In this document: piece by piece, positions 1-12,672 of the stretch
Layout of the letters: the number at the start of each line of letters is the position of its first letter
How positions within the stretch are numbered: the stretch's first letter is position 1
The notes under the pieces: generated by a model
Told to the model about the DNA's origin: nothing
The model's database searches: none
The model's input: only the letters and a program-made list of their open reading frames with translations
Position numbers and translations under genes: made by a program
Assembly (NCBI GenBank): GCA_964016885.1
Contig: OZ024740.1
Span: forward strand, 312,480,001-312,544,000
Source: Eledone cirrhosa
Lineage: Eukaryota
Reading direction: 5' to 3'
DNA: 64,000 nt

Positions 1-97
1 ACTGATACTTTATTTTATCAATTCCATAAGGATGAAAGGCAAAGCTACCCTCGGTGGGATAATAATAATAAAAAATGTTCTTGATTTTTTATGTACA

Positions 98-360
98 TGC
101 ATACACACACACACACTCGGATACACACACACACACACACTCGCATACACACACACATATACATACAAACACAAACACACAGGCATACATACACACAAAC
201 ACACACATATACATACACTCATATAAACACATACACACAGACATGTACACACATACACATATACTCACAAACACACACATACACTCATATACATCTACAC
301 ACACACTCACATACATACACACAAACACACATATACTCATATACACACATACCATACAAA
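98..360. repeat. Compound (CA)n/(TA)n microsatellite
   Basis: Direct inspection; similar tracts at 2700-3120, 14076-14181, 17883-17965, 21430-21543, 22905-23000, 42970-43085. Confidence 0.95.
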
Positions 361-661
361 TATGTATATTTCAAAACTATTAGTAAAAAATAGTAGAGCT
401 GAAAAGAATGAAGAAATGTATAACGCATACATAAACTTACTATTTCAACTTTATGGCTTATAGCTTGACTCAAACACAGACCTTGAGTTTTTAACACCCT
501 AAGTAAGCTCTACAATATTACACAACAGAGTATCAATATAACAGTTAAAGATAATAATAGGTAATACAACATATTCAGGTAACAGATCAATATAACAAAT
601 AAAGTTAATATATCAATATAACAGACAAAGATAACACAAATGTTCTTCAGTTTATTCAGAG

Positions 662-1965
662 TCATCATAATAATAATAATGAAAATATTGTGTACAGTGC
701 TCAGGTGCACTACAACTCATCAAAAAGTGTTTGTATAGTACATAGGGTAATGTACAAACGTCAGGAAAATGAACAGTGTGTGAGTCATGATATACACATG
801 TGTGCATGTGTATGGAAGCGGGGACATCAGGTGTAGTTTTGGCGAATTTCGGGAAGCATGAGGGTTTTAAAGGATGCAGTGTCTCGGCAGCTAACAACTG
901 ACGCAGGCAGTTTGTTCCATGCTTCAGCAACTGCTTTGTCCAACGCAAATCGCTGCTGACAGTAATGCCCAGGTTACATTCACAAGAGGACTACTTGATA
1001 TCAGTGTTGTGGAGGGAGTATGTGGACGCTGGATTTTTCCTCCCAAAATGCATGGTGGTACACTTGTCCACAGCCAGCTTCAGTTGCCAGTCTGTGATCC
1101 ATTGCTGCATTGTGTCCAGGTCTGATTGTAGGAAAGAGTTGTAGATTTCAGGATCAGTCCTTTTGATTTCAAGGTACAGCTTGATGTCATCTGCATATTT
1201 CAGTACCGTGGCATTCTTTAAGTTGGCATCTATGTCATTAATATATGCCACAAACAAAAGGGGACCAAGAACAGATCCCTGTGGTACACCAAATGACATC
1301 TCATATGATGAAGAATGCTGTCCTAGAACCGTGACTACCTCTTTTCAGCTGAGAATGAAGGATTTCAACCAGTTAAAAAGATCATCCCTCACACCCATTG
1401 CAGAGAGTTTTGCCATAAGTCTTTTGTGTGGCACAGAATTAAAAGCCTTAGCGAAGTCAAAGTAAACAACATCCACCCATAAGCCGCTGTCAGTGATCCG
1501 GGTAATGTCTTCAAGGAACTCGATAAGCTGATCACAGCAGCTGGAGTTAGGGATAAATCCAAACTGTGAGGGCCGGATGAGGCTGTGAGAGCTCCAGAAG
1601 TTCAAAAGTGTTTCTCTGACACAGGATTCCATCAGTTTGGCAATACAGCTAGTAAGACTGACTGGACGATAGTTGACAGGTGACATGCGGTCACCCTTTT
1701 TGAACAGGGGAATGACACTGGCAGTTTTCCACTACCCCGGAGTAGCACCATTGTTGAGACAGTATTGAAAGAAGAAAGAAAGCTGGTGCAAAAGGAAGTA
1801 CCCACCACGTTTGAGAAGCAGGTATGTAACACCATCAAGACCAGGGGAGGCATAGTTGCGCTTATTCTTAAGGTGACGTCGTAACATTGCAGGTGTAAAT
1901 TCCATAGTTCTTATGGAATTTTATGGTGGAGATGGTACATTCTGGTTTTCAACAGTAAAAAATAA
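662..1965 (-). mobile_element. CR1-clade LINE 3' fragment (RT) with internal deletion
   Basis: NYRPVSLTS, QFGF, YFDFAKAF, GVPQGSVLGPLLF, KYADD; 3' end gtgcacctgagcactgtacacaat(att)n. Confidence 0.93.
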
Positions 1966-1969
1966 AGTG

Positions 1970-2430
1970 GTCCATTTTTCCTCGCTAGCATGGGTTAGAT
2001 CAATTGTCGTTTTGTGAGACAAGTCAGGTCAGATGACCATATCTTGCTCATACAGAACTGTTTCTGGCTTGGTTTCTACAGTTGGATGCCTTTCCTAATG
2101 CCAACCACATTTACAGTGTGTGCTAGGTGTTTTTTGCTGTGACACCAAAATGACCACTTTACAGTGTGGACTGGCCATTTTTTGTCATGTCACCAGCACT
2201 ACCACTTTACAGTGTGGACTGGGCGCTTTTTGTCGTGTCACCAATACAACAACTTTATATTGTAGACTGGGCACTGTTTGTTGTGTCACTAACATTACAA
2301 TGTGGTCTAAGAGCTTTTTGTCCTATCACAAATATTATTAATTTACAGAGTGGACTGGGAGCTTTTTATCATGTCATCAACACAACGCCTTTACAGTGTA
2401 GACTGTCACCAGAACGACCACTTTACAGTT
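1970..2430 (-). repeat. RTE/SINE 3'-tail element with an expanded ~42-bp minisatellite; similar at 26620-26790, 29390-29670, 47480-47745, 52875-53150, 55620-55810, 56875-57240
   Basis: gcatgggttagat...tttctacagctggatgcc.ttcctaa followed by tandem ttacagtgtggactgggtgctttttgt units. Confidence 0.8.
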
Positions 2431-3299
2431 AATCTATATGAAAAAACTTCTGAATCCATATTTCAGTTTGTGTGTTCCTTAACAATAGCAAAAACAGTCT
2501 ATATACTTCCAAAATATGTTGAGTACTAAACTGTAAGGCATAGACTAAAATAACTTCCAGTACAATTCTGGGACTTGGATCCAGACAACCAAAGAAAAAT
2601 TATTTCAGCAGCAGAATGGAAAAGTTTTATGTTTATTTGCAACTATTAATGGAAAAGATACAATAGAAACTAAAACACAAGCATAAAAACAAAACCATAC
2701 ATATATAGAAAACAGAGAGACAGATACAGACACAGGTACACATAGATAGACAGATACATGCAGACACACACTCACACATACATATGCACACGCAGACACA
2801 TAGGTACACACACAACATAAAACTTAGATACACACACACACCAAAAAGACAGGTATTTAATCAGGAAAGATGAGAGTGAGAGAGGAGTAGGGTGGAGATG
2901 AAACAGAGACTTTGAGGTATTGATACCTACATATATATACACAGATACATACATATATATATACACAGATATATACACGCACAGATACATAATTATATAT
3001 ATACACATATACATACATATACACATGTACATACACATTTATATATATATATATACACAGATACATACATATATACACAGGTATATACACACACAGATAT
3101 ATACATATATACACATACTCTGCTCACTTGAATATTTACGCAGTGTTTTGATTATAATTCAGATATTCTTTTCTTTTACTGATTTCAATCATTAGACTGA
3201 GGCCATGATGGAGTACCGTCTAAGTAGGTTTACTCCATTACATTGGCACTAGTACTTATCTTAAGGATTTTGGGGTGGTGGTGGGTGTGGGGTTATATT

Positions 3300-3503
3300 A
3301 CAATACATAAAACCTCCATACTTCCTGAGATTCGCCAACACTACACCTGATATCACCCCTCCATACACACGCACACATGTATATCATGACTCATACACTG
3401 TTCACTTTCCTGACGTTTGTACATTATTCTATGTACTATACATGCACCTTTGATGAGTTGTAGTGCACCTGAGCACTGTACACAATAATTTTATTATTAT
3501 TAT
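3300..3503 (+). mobile_element. CR1 3' UTR fragment with (ATT)n tail
   Basis: Same 3' end as 662-1965; shorter ends also at ~5000-5048 (-) and ~13634-13693 (+). Confidence 0.85.
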
Positions 3504-3504
3504 T

Positions 3505-4372
3505 GGGCGGTGGATCGGCAGTATTGGTAGGGGGTTGGATGCCATGCTTTGCAGCCTAAAGTTATGGCCCTTCACGTTCTGAGTTCAAATCCCGTCGAGG
3601 TTAACGTTGCCTTTCATCCTTACGTGGTCGATAAAATAAAGTACCAGTAATGCACTGGGATAATTGCTAGCCTTGTGCTAAAAGTAAAAATAATAATTAT
3701 TATTATTATAAATACTTACTTGTTACTGTGGTGGTCACTCGGGGTGTGTTGAGTCAGTTCCATAATAGGGATTCACGGTGTAAGTTCATTTCAATGGAGT
3801 TTCTTCGGGTGATTGGTTTCACAAGTGGTGTCCAGCTGCAAGTATATGCACTTTAGGATAGTGCAATCCAAGCATTGCATCAGTTATAGCAGTGAGCTCT
3901 CGTTTTCACACCCAACCCAATTTGGTGAAGCGAATTCTGCAGTCACATGTTGAGATAGATTTAATCAACCTTCCCTCCCCTAAAATTGCTGGCCTTGTGC
4001 CTAAATCAGAAACCATGATTTAGATAAGGGTGGTGGCAGTGGATTGGCAGTATCAGTAGAGCATCAGACAACATGCTTTGCAGCATATAGTTACGTCCCT
4101 TTACATTCTGAGTTCAAATCTCGCTGAGCTTAGCTTTACCTTTCATCTTTAGTGGGGTTGATAAAATAAAGTACCAGTAATGCAATGGGATTGATTTAAT
4201 CAATTTTCCCCTCTCCCCAAATTATTGGCATTGTGCCTAAATCAGAAACGATTATTTAGTCAAAGAAAGATGGGGGATTGGCAGAGTTGTTAGAGCATAG
4301 GACAAATAAGTGCCTTGTGGTATTTGTTCCAGCTCTTTACATTCTGAGTTCAAATCCCACCGAAGTCAACAG
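3505..4372 (+). mobile_element. Cluster of tRNA-derived Meta-domain-type SINEs
   Basis: Repeated ctgagttcaaatc...gcctttcatcct...gtcgataaaataaagtaccagt; other copies at 1-62, 28100-28170, 28890-29010, 35770-35915, 38055-38210, 48840-48905. Confidence 0.7.
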
Positions 4373-5484
4373 GATCCTATTTTCGAATGTGTCCTCTTTT
4401 TCTAAGACAATGGGAAAGTTCTTGAGGAAGATTTGGCTGTTGTTTCTCCCTTGTTAGTTCAAAACTGGGGAGTTCAATGAAGTTATTGTTGAGTTTAAAC
4501 ATCTGTAAGTTGATGCTTGGATAGAGAGAAATGAAAAAATTAGTATCTCAGGAAATAAATGATTGGGAAAAATATTTAGTGTAAATTATAGTGGATGACA
4601 GTGAAGGTGTGTGGCCTAGTGATTAAGGTGTTGGACTTATGATTGTAATGTCATGGGTTCAACTCTTTAATCAGATTATTGTACACTGTTTAAGTCTAAA
4701 GTCTATCTCAAGATTGGAGGCTCATCAGGCTAATGCTTATCCTGTTTTCCATGATGTAAAGCGGACTGAGAGAACAAGACTTTCCCCTGGACAGGATGTC
4801 AGTCCATCATTAAGTTAAACCCCCAGCTATTGCTGATAGTCATTTTCAACTGAGTATACTAGAATGAAATGTTTTGCTCAAGAATACAACACACAACCCA
4901 GCCCACGCATTGAACCCACATTATGATTGTAAGTCCAACACCCTCACCACTAGGCCATGCACCTCCACCTTGTTGTAGACTGAGTTCATTATTATTATTA
5001 TTATAATAATGAAATTATTGTGTACAGTGCTCAAGTGCACTACAACTTATTTTTTTGTTTTTTTTAAACATGACTAATTAATTACCCTTAATCCATATAC
5101 CTACATGCCATTCTTTGTGGAGGCACCAGCAGCAAAGGTGCAATATTACAAATTAGTAAGTCCAGTGGATGTTTCATAAACTGACATTCAAAGTTACCAC
5201 CCTCCTAGACAGGTTAGGTGACTGTGTCTTGCTCATATGCTCAATTTTTTGGCATGGCAGATGCTCTACCTGCCACCAACTATTTTAATGAGTGTTTTGT
5301 GTGTATTTATCATGGTTCTAGCACTAGAGAGGTTGTCCTGTCCTCAGTTTCTGGCCAATTGGCTACAGAATTGTAAAGTTAAAACAATGAATATATTCTC
5401 TGTTTTGTTATTTTAGAAACTAATATTTTGTGACTCCATTTCACTAACATAGAAGTATTCCATTTAGTCTGTCTTTTCTCCAAG

Positions 5485-6145
5485 GGCTCTGGAGACCTAC
5501 GGGAGATTTTAGAAGACTAAATGCTATGATGGTTCCGGATAAATACCCTATTCCTTATCTCCAGGAATTTTCTTCCACTTTACCCGGATGTACGGTATTT
5601 TCTAAGCTCAACCTTGTGCGAGCTTATCAGATTCCAGTTAACCCCGGAGGATATTCCGAAAATGGCAATAACGACGCCCTTTGGCTCCTTTGAATTTTTA
5701 ACAATGCCATTTGACCTCAGAAATGCTGCTAGCACATATCAGCGATTCATAGACGAAGTCATTCATGGTCTGGACTTCATCTATGCATATATTGATGATC
5801 TGTTGATTGCCAGTTCTTTTACTAAAGAGCATATCCATCATTTAAAGCTGCTTTTCCAGTGCCTTCAGGATTTCCAAGTGCGTGTTAAACCAGCTAAATG
5901 TGTTTTTGGCTCATCTTCTCGTTTTTCTTGGCCATGTTATTGATGAAGAAAGTATTCAACCCCTTCCTGAAAAAGTGCAGGCTATCGAGGACCTTCTGCC
6001 TCCTTCTTCCCTTCATCAGTTGCTCCATTTCCTCGGTTTGCTTAATTTTTATAGACGTTTTATTCCTCACTGTGCTGAACTTCTGTCTCCTCTTACTGAA
6101 CTGTTAAGAAATCGTTGTAAGAAGAATGAAGATAATGCTTACTAA
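5485..6145 (+). mobile_element. Ty3/gypsy LTR-retrotransposon RT fragment
   Basis: WRPTGDFRRLN..PDKYPIP, AITTPFGSFEFLTMPF.LRNA, YIDDLLI, FLGH, FLGLLNFYRRFIP; frameshifted. Confidence 0.92.
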
Positions 6146-6146
6146 A

Positions 6147-6345
6147 AACCCTTTAGCATTTTAACTGGCTGTATCCGGCCAGAATTCTCTCACCTCTTTC
6201 TGTTCAAACCAGCTATACTGATGTTAAGGTATTGTTCTCAAAATAAATAATATCAAAATCTCATAGATTCAATATTATGAGGTAATTCCTTTACCGTGAA
6301 AATACAATAGTAAATATAGAGTAATGTAAATGGTAAAGAGTTAAA
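6147..6345 (+). mobile_element. TTAA/CCCT-ended (piggyBac-type) MITE, family 1, intact copy
   Basis: Ends aaccctttagcattt...aaatggtaaagagttaa; homologous to 7601-7654 and to the split copy 38851-44108. Confidence 0.7.
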
Positions 6346-6406
6346 TGTAAAAATATATTTTACCTTCCAATGTGTTCTTAATTATTTGTTTTTCATCTTA
6401 TTTCAG

Positions 6407-7165
6407 TATTTTTAATAATGGTTGCACTTACTGTGATACAATTAAGCCATGGTGAATGAAAGGTCATCCACCAATTTTTAAGTTTTCTGGAATCCCCAAT
6501 CTGTTTGGAGTGTGTGTGTATTTATTCATGTGCCACCATTCCCTTCCATCACTAGTAACACCAATTAAGAACAAAAAACAGATTTTCAATCTTCTTGGAG
6601 CAAACTATTTCTTAATTTTACTTTTCTATGCTCTGCTATCATTTACTGCTATTTTTGCATTTGACAACATTAATGACACCTATACACTAAATTTCTTCCC
6701 AGATTCAAACTCAGATTCCCAACAGTAATTTACAACCAATAAATTCCTCCAATATTTTCTTTTTCTTTTTCCAGTGTTTACACGCTGTTCAAATTTCCCA
6801 ATTATAGCAGTTACACTTCGAAACAACTTTAAAAAACATTATTTTATAACCCTGAGCACCCATACTCTTGGTTTACAGATATAAATTTTTTCCATTGCTT
6901 GCTATTACACCTCCTTTGATTATTGCTATAATCACAGATGAAGTGGAATTCCTTGTTGGAATTACAGGTTCTTATACTGGCAGTGGAATCCAATATGTCA
7001 TTCCAGCCATGTATATTTTGCTCGAAAAGAAGAATTTTTACTTGATAACCCATTGTCAACAAGAAATCAATGTTTAAAAGTAAACTTTGGGTGTGGTTTG
7101 TAATGATTTGGTCAGCTTTTTGTATAATTTTTGTTACTGTAAACCACATCTTCTCAAAGTCTTGA
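6407..7165 (+). pseudogene. TMEM104: TMEM104 (SLC38A12)-like terminal exon, multiply frameshifted
   Basis: Follows acceptor tttcag at 6406. Pieces in different frames give GHPP...NLFGVCVYLFMCHHSLPSLVTP, LFPVFT..SNFPIIAVTLRNN, FLVGITGSYTGSGIQYVIPA and WVWFVMIWS..CIIFVT, all typical of TMEM104. Frame breaks near 6455, 6725, 6833, 6870 and 7015-7075; TGA at 7163-7165. Confidence 0.85.
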
Positions 7166-7600
7166 CATTGCTGATATCAGTTAAACAGGATAAAAGAAGT
7201 TTCTACCTCATTGGGAGTCCAGCAACTGAAGGCTTTTGATAAAACAAGCTATAACTTGTAAATCTGCTTTGTTCATATATTGTCATATATTAACTACTTA
7301 AAGATCAAAACATGAGAATATTCATTTTATTATTCACAGTAAGGAACTTCACAAAAATATATGATCAAAGCGAGTGAAAAAGAAAAGGAAAGAAAAAACA
7401 AACAAAAACGATTATCAATTCACCACCAAGTGCGACAATCAGCCACACACTACAAAGGTCAAAGGAAAATTTTGAGTCAAGCCAACAACTTAAAGAGAAA
7501 GACAATGCACTGCTGTGGCCAAAAATATTTCTTTAAATAATTTTTATCAGCAAGAAGAACAAACTTTAGTTTTAAGTAAAATAAAAAGGTTGTGATGATT

Positions 7601-7654
7601 AAGAGGTGAGAGAATTCTGGCCGGATATCGGCGGTTTAAATGCTAAAGGGTTAA
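7601..7654 (-). mobile_element. Family-1 MITE terminal fragment, inverted relative to 6147
   Basis: aagaggtgagagaattctggccggatatcggcggtttaaatgctaaagggttaa is the reverse complement of 6147-6198. Confidence 0.75.
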
Positions 7655-8600
7655 AATGTACAAATTATAAATATTTGTTGAAAATATTTTCAAGGGAATG
7701 CATAAATAACACTAATGAGGATGTGTTAAATGTAGAAAATCAGTTTCATTGTAAAATAATCACTCAAGATATTTTAGCACCTTATTTACATAGAATTTGA
7801 AGTTATTGATAAGGTAAATTATTAACCTTGAATATAAGTCAACCCCCATTTCACCATCGATTTTTTTTTGGTCACATATTTCTCACCTTATATACAAGTA
7901 TATACAGTATTTAACTTTTTCATTCCAACATCTGAGTAGGAGTCTTGCTGAACACAAAACCCTGTAAAAAATTGACTATTGGAATGGTATGGTAGCTTCT
8001 TTCTGTTTCAAACTCAAGCAATAGCAAATAAAGAACCCAAGCAACATTTAGGAAAAAAAACAATAATGTTTTATCTGAAATTTGATCAGACATTTTTACA
8101 AGCATAAATCTAGTAAAATTTAAATCTGCTTCACAGAAAAGTAGTCCAATGATAAATAATTTTGTCAACCAAACAACTGAATTACACAAATAAAGACTCC
8201 CTGATCATATAATAAATGACAGCAGGTTTACTCCTTGTGAATTGTTTCCAGTAATATATTTCTGAGATTTACATGAAAATGTGGATTTGAAAATTTTTGA
8301 GATTTATTTTTTAATTCATTCTTTTCATATTTTTCATACTTTACAGTTCCAATAACACACATGAATTTAAAACAATAAATCTTATTTTAAAAAAATTGAT
8401 AAAAAAAAACAAAAAAAACTTTCAGGTATTATATTTTTTTATTTTTAATGATACACAAATGAAAATTAAATATTTTATCTCAACAAAAAGAGAATATAAA
8501 AAATCTGTGTGCCAACAAATAATTTTGTTTTTATGAATGATTTTAAAAAATTTGGTAAACTTTAATGAGAAATAACAAAAATGATTTCATTAGCAGTATG

Positions 8601-8710
8601 TAAACCTGGAGAGGAGATGGGCTCTGCCAGGTTTTAAAATGCCCTAGAAACACCGTATGTCAATATGGCACCCCTATGACACCCTCAGGAGTTACAAGTT
8701 CATACATACT
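8601..8710 (+). repeat. Unclassified dispersed repeat (copies 27885-28022 minus, 38270-38385 plus)
   Basis: cctggagaggagatgggct...ccaggttttaaaat.ccctagaaac.c.gtatgt.aatat shared by three loci. Confidence 0.7.
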
Positions 8711-9619
8711 ATGTAAAAAGTCTCTCAGTGATAAATAATAACAAAAATAACGGTATTTCCTTTTTTTAATTTTAAATGAATTAAAAAAATATCTTTTATA
8801 CTGGATTAAAATTTTAATACTTTCTCTTTGAGCAAATTTTAATTTGAATATTTTCTCTTTGAGCAAATTTTAATTTCAATATTTTCTCTTGAGCACATTT
8901 TTAATAGCTTTAGTGAATTAAGAAAGATCCCAGTTTTTTTTATGCAAGTATATATAATTTCATTACTGTTTAAACAACTGGTCAGTGCTAGGAACTATTG
9001 AATAAAGTTAAATTCAAACCTCAAACATAAAAATATACCAGTAATCTGTTGGAAGACTAAAATGGTAAACCAATTTTAAAATGTTTAATTACACCAGAAG
9101 TACAATCTTAACTAGAAAAAAATTATATTCCTAACATTGGCACAAGGATCCAAATTTTTGGGGAAGGCACAGTCCATTAAATCGACCCCAGTTTGCTACT
9201 GGTACCATCTTTCTCTATTTTGAACTTAGAACATGAAAGTCTAAGTCTAAAGTCTATAAAGTTTGTCGCAAGCCAGGAGGCTTGTTAAACTAATGCATAT
9301 CCCAGTTTCACGGCATTAAGTGACTGAGAGTACAATACTTCCCCCTGGACAGGACGCCAGTCCACCACAAGGTTAAGCCCCCAGCTATTGCTGGTACTCA
9401 TTTTCAGCTGAGTATACTGGAGCAATGTGAAATGAAGTGTTTTGTTCAAAAACACAACACACAACCCAGGCCCAGGAATCGAACCCATGACATTATGATC
9501 ATAAGTCCAACACTCTTACCACTAGGCCACACGCCTTCACAATGGAACATGAAGGGATATAACTAAATACAACAGCGCCTTTTTCTAGCATCACCAATTC
9601 TACTAATCCCCATCCTCTA

Positions 9620-10190
9620 GAAATACTGATTTCTGACAGAACACAAGGACACAAATATTTGGGGAGGGAACATTCGATGTAATCAACCTTGAATGATTGA
9701 AAAGGAAAGTGGCCCTTGGTGGGATTTGAACTCAGAACATAAACAAAAAAAAGATGCAACTAAATAATGTTTTCTGATTTAGGCACAAGGCCAGCAACTT
9801 TGGGGAAGGGGAAAGTCAATTAAATCGACCCCAGTGTGTTACTGGTACTTTATTTTATCGACTTCATTAGGATAAAAGGCAAAGCTAACTTGATTTGAAA
9901 TCGGAATGTAAAGGGTCGTATTTCTATGCCACAAAGCATATGTCCAATGCTCTACCAATACTGCCAATCTACCCCTCTTAATTGCAACTAAATAATTGTT
10001 TCTACTTTTGGCACAAGGCCAGCAATTACCCAGTACATTACTGGTACTTCGACCCTGTAAGGATGAAAGGCAAAGTTAACCTCAGTGGGATTTGAACTCA
10101 GATCATAAAGGGACGTAACTCTATGCTTCAAAGCATGGTGTCCGGCTCTCTACTGATACTGCCAATCCACCACCTTTTGCAACTAAATAA
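9620..10190 (-). mobile_element. Tandem cluster of Meta-domain-type SINEs
   Basis: Three reverse copies separated by TGCAACTAAATAAT direct repeats. Confidence 0.72.
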
Positions 10191-10759
10191 TGCAAAACAT
10201 TTGGTCCACCAATCTATTTAAAAGTCAAACCAATTTAAACTGCACTAAACTGAGATAAAAATGAATGATGTTCCTACAGTATGTCATTCATGCATTACAA
10301 TGAAAACAATATTTAAATTTTTTTGCCTTCACAATAAATATGATGTAGGTGCCTCAGTGTGTAATAACAGTATAAGTGATGAGAAATAACCGAAACCAGA
10401 TTGCAAATATAGCTCTCCAAGAGCTTACCTCTACAGTGCTCAGAAAGGTAATATTAAAAGGTGTGAAATTGTTCTGATCACTGAAAAGATCAATAGTAAA
10501 TCAATATTTGAAAAGAAACAAGATTAACCCCCCCCCCCCCCCCCCCTGATTACTTTCCAAAATGAGATCAAAAGTGATTGAATACAGCAATTTAAATAAA
10601 ATCAATCATGCAATATCGATTTCAAACAAAATTTACATCATAGTGTCACAGAACAATTTTAAAGAATAGAAGATTTAAAAAGTACAAGTAAGGTTGAAAA
10701 TATTCCAATGTGTAATTATATAGAATATGTAATATTAACAATATTAACAATAATATGTA

Positions 10760-10976
10760 ATATCAAATAATAATAATATTCAATTCATTTGCAAGCAAAC
10801 AGCCTTATTACGCTATGTTCTTTAGATGACCATCACCATCCTTTTGTTCTAGCTGTGACAATGATTGTTTCTCTCTGTCACCTCTAGAACAAAAGGATGA
10901 TGATAGTTGTCTAAAACACATAGCATAATGAGGCTGTTTCCTTGCAAATTAATCAAATATTATTATTGTTTGATAT
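10760..10976. repeat. MITE-like hairpin (~100-bp arms)
   Basis: atttgcaag..aaacagcctt...catccttttgttctag / ctagaacaaaaggatg...aggctgttt..cttgcaaat. Confidence 0.8.
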
Positions 10977-11699
10977 AAAACTCACAAATGCATTTACATA
11001 TCCGCCATGTTAGAGTGAAAACTAATTTTGTTATTAACAATATTATCCTGCTAATATGGGCTCTAAATCGAAATATCTAAAAGTTGGCATTATCTTTATA
11101 ATATCTGATAAAATATTAATGGGGATTATGTCCTAAAGAAACAGTAGCACTTTTTTTTCTAAACTAGCTTAGCCATGGTATAGAGTTTGTAATGAGCCTT
11201 TGTGAGAGGTGAAAGGCTTACTTTTCTATGTAATTTAACATCATAAGTCAATCGATAGAATCAACTGACAAGATCCCATACTTCATTCACTTGCAGAGTG
11301 GGGTGGAACATATGAAATCGGACCAAGAAACAATGTTTACATTGGTCTTTCCACTGCTGATACTATCTACTGGTCACAACTCGTAGTAGAAAGAGCAATG
11401 TGAAATAAAGTGTCTCGCCCAAGGACATAATGCATTGCCCAGTCCAGGAATTGAAATCGCAATCCTGAGATTGCAAATCCAATTCTTGAACCACTAAGCC
11501 ATCCACCATTACTAAATCATTCAAAATTGAGGATATATCTAATGAATAGAAAAAGTCTACAAAATATCACATAGACTTTGTATGTGAAAAATATACCAAT
11601 GTGGTTAATAGACAGAACACTCAGTAGAACAAATTCCTTCAAATACTTGACAGGCTCCATAGAAGTAGTTGATAGCTTCTGTTATCTAAGTCCCTTATT

Positions 11700-12152
11700 A
11701 ACAGTGAAAGAAGGTGCTCTGAAAACATAGAAACCAGAATAAGAACAGTTGGAAAAGGTTCAGGGAGCTATTTATTACCTCTGCTGGCAACAAAGGATTT
11801 CTCTTTGAGTGAAGGGTAGACTGTATAGTGCTTATGTATGAAGTGCAATGTTGCAAAGTAACAAAATCAGATGCAGCATACAAGAGAGAAGGTTACACTG
11901 GTATTGACATGTAATGTGTATGGATGATAATAATTCAGTAAAGATGTACCAGGAGATCCAAATGAAAAGAAACTGTGAAAATGAAAAATAAAATCATGGA
12001 CAGAAATGATGAAAGTTGATCTCAGGATGTGGAATCTTCCAAAGAAGATGACAAAGGAATACACAAATTGCATGGTGCTGTGAAGGAGAGGACCCATCCA
12101 ACCCATATAAACATGGAAAAACAGATGTAATGATGATGATGATGATGATGAT
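11700..12152 (+). mobile_element. Old, decayed RTE 3' fragment
   Basis: Degenerate ERRLHWY.HV, ends aacccat..catggaaaaacagatgtaa(tga)n. Confidence 0.7.
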
Positions 12153-12349
12153 ATAGATATAACATCATTTGTAATGTTTGCACAGAAACCTAATCATACA
12201 ACCACTGATAATACTTGCTTTGGACTAAGCATAAAGCCATTTTTTCTTAAATGGATATGTAATCAGTTAAATTATTTCAATATGTTACTGGTGTTTATTT
12301 TACCAAACTTAAAATGATGAATACCAAATTCATCTTAAGTAGGAATAAA

Positions 12350-12672
12350 CCAACAACAACCCTGAGCACCTTTTTGAATTCCATGTATCTAACACCCATT
12401 GGCATGCCTATAAAGTCAGAAAACAGCACAGCTCCCATGACTTTCGAAAACATTTTTTTACGCTCAGAGTTGCTGAAGTATGGAACAAATTACCTGCATC
12501 AGTTGTTAGCTGTCGAGACACTCCATCCTTTAAAACGTTCATGGCTCATAAACTGTTCACTTTCCTGACATTTATACATTATTCTATGTACTATACATGC
12601 ACCTTTGGGGAGTTGTAGTGCACCTGAGCACTGTACACAATAATTTTCATTATTTTTCATTATTATTATTAT
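12350..12672 (+). mobile_element. CR1 3' fragment
   Basis: FRKHFFTLRVAEVWNKLP-type coding end plus the shared 3' UTR and (ATT)n. Confidence 0.85.

Noticed and set aside
2100-2430. Regularly spaced repeats resembling a CRISPR array
   Set aside because: Eukaryotic context, degenerate tandem units without unique spacers, no cas genes
3712-3940. Minus-strand exon-like segment with CAG and GTAAGT boundaries
   Set aside because: Stops in all three frames and no recognisable protein
4601-4670. tRNA-like sequences (also 22508, 28575, 3505)
   Set aside because: Degenerate SINE heads without a complete cloverleaf, continuing into SINE bodies
8818-8905. Three ~31-bp tandem repeats; also a C-run at 10528-10546
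   Set aside because: Ordinary low-complexity sequence with no evidence of function
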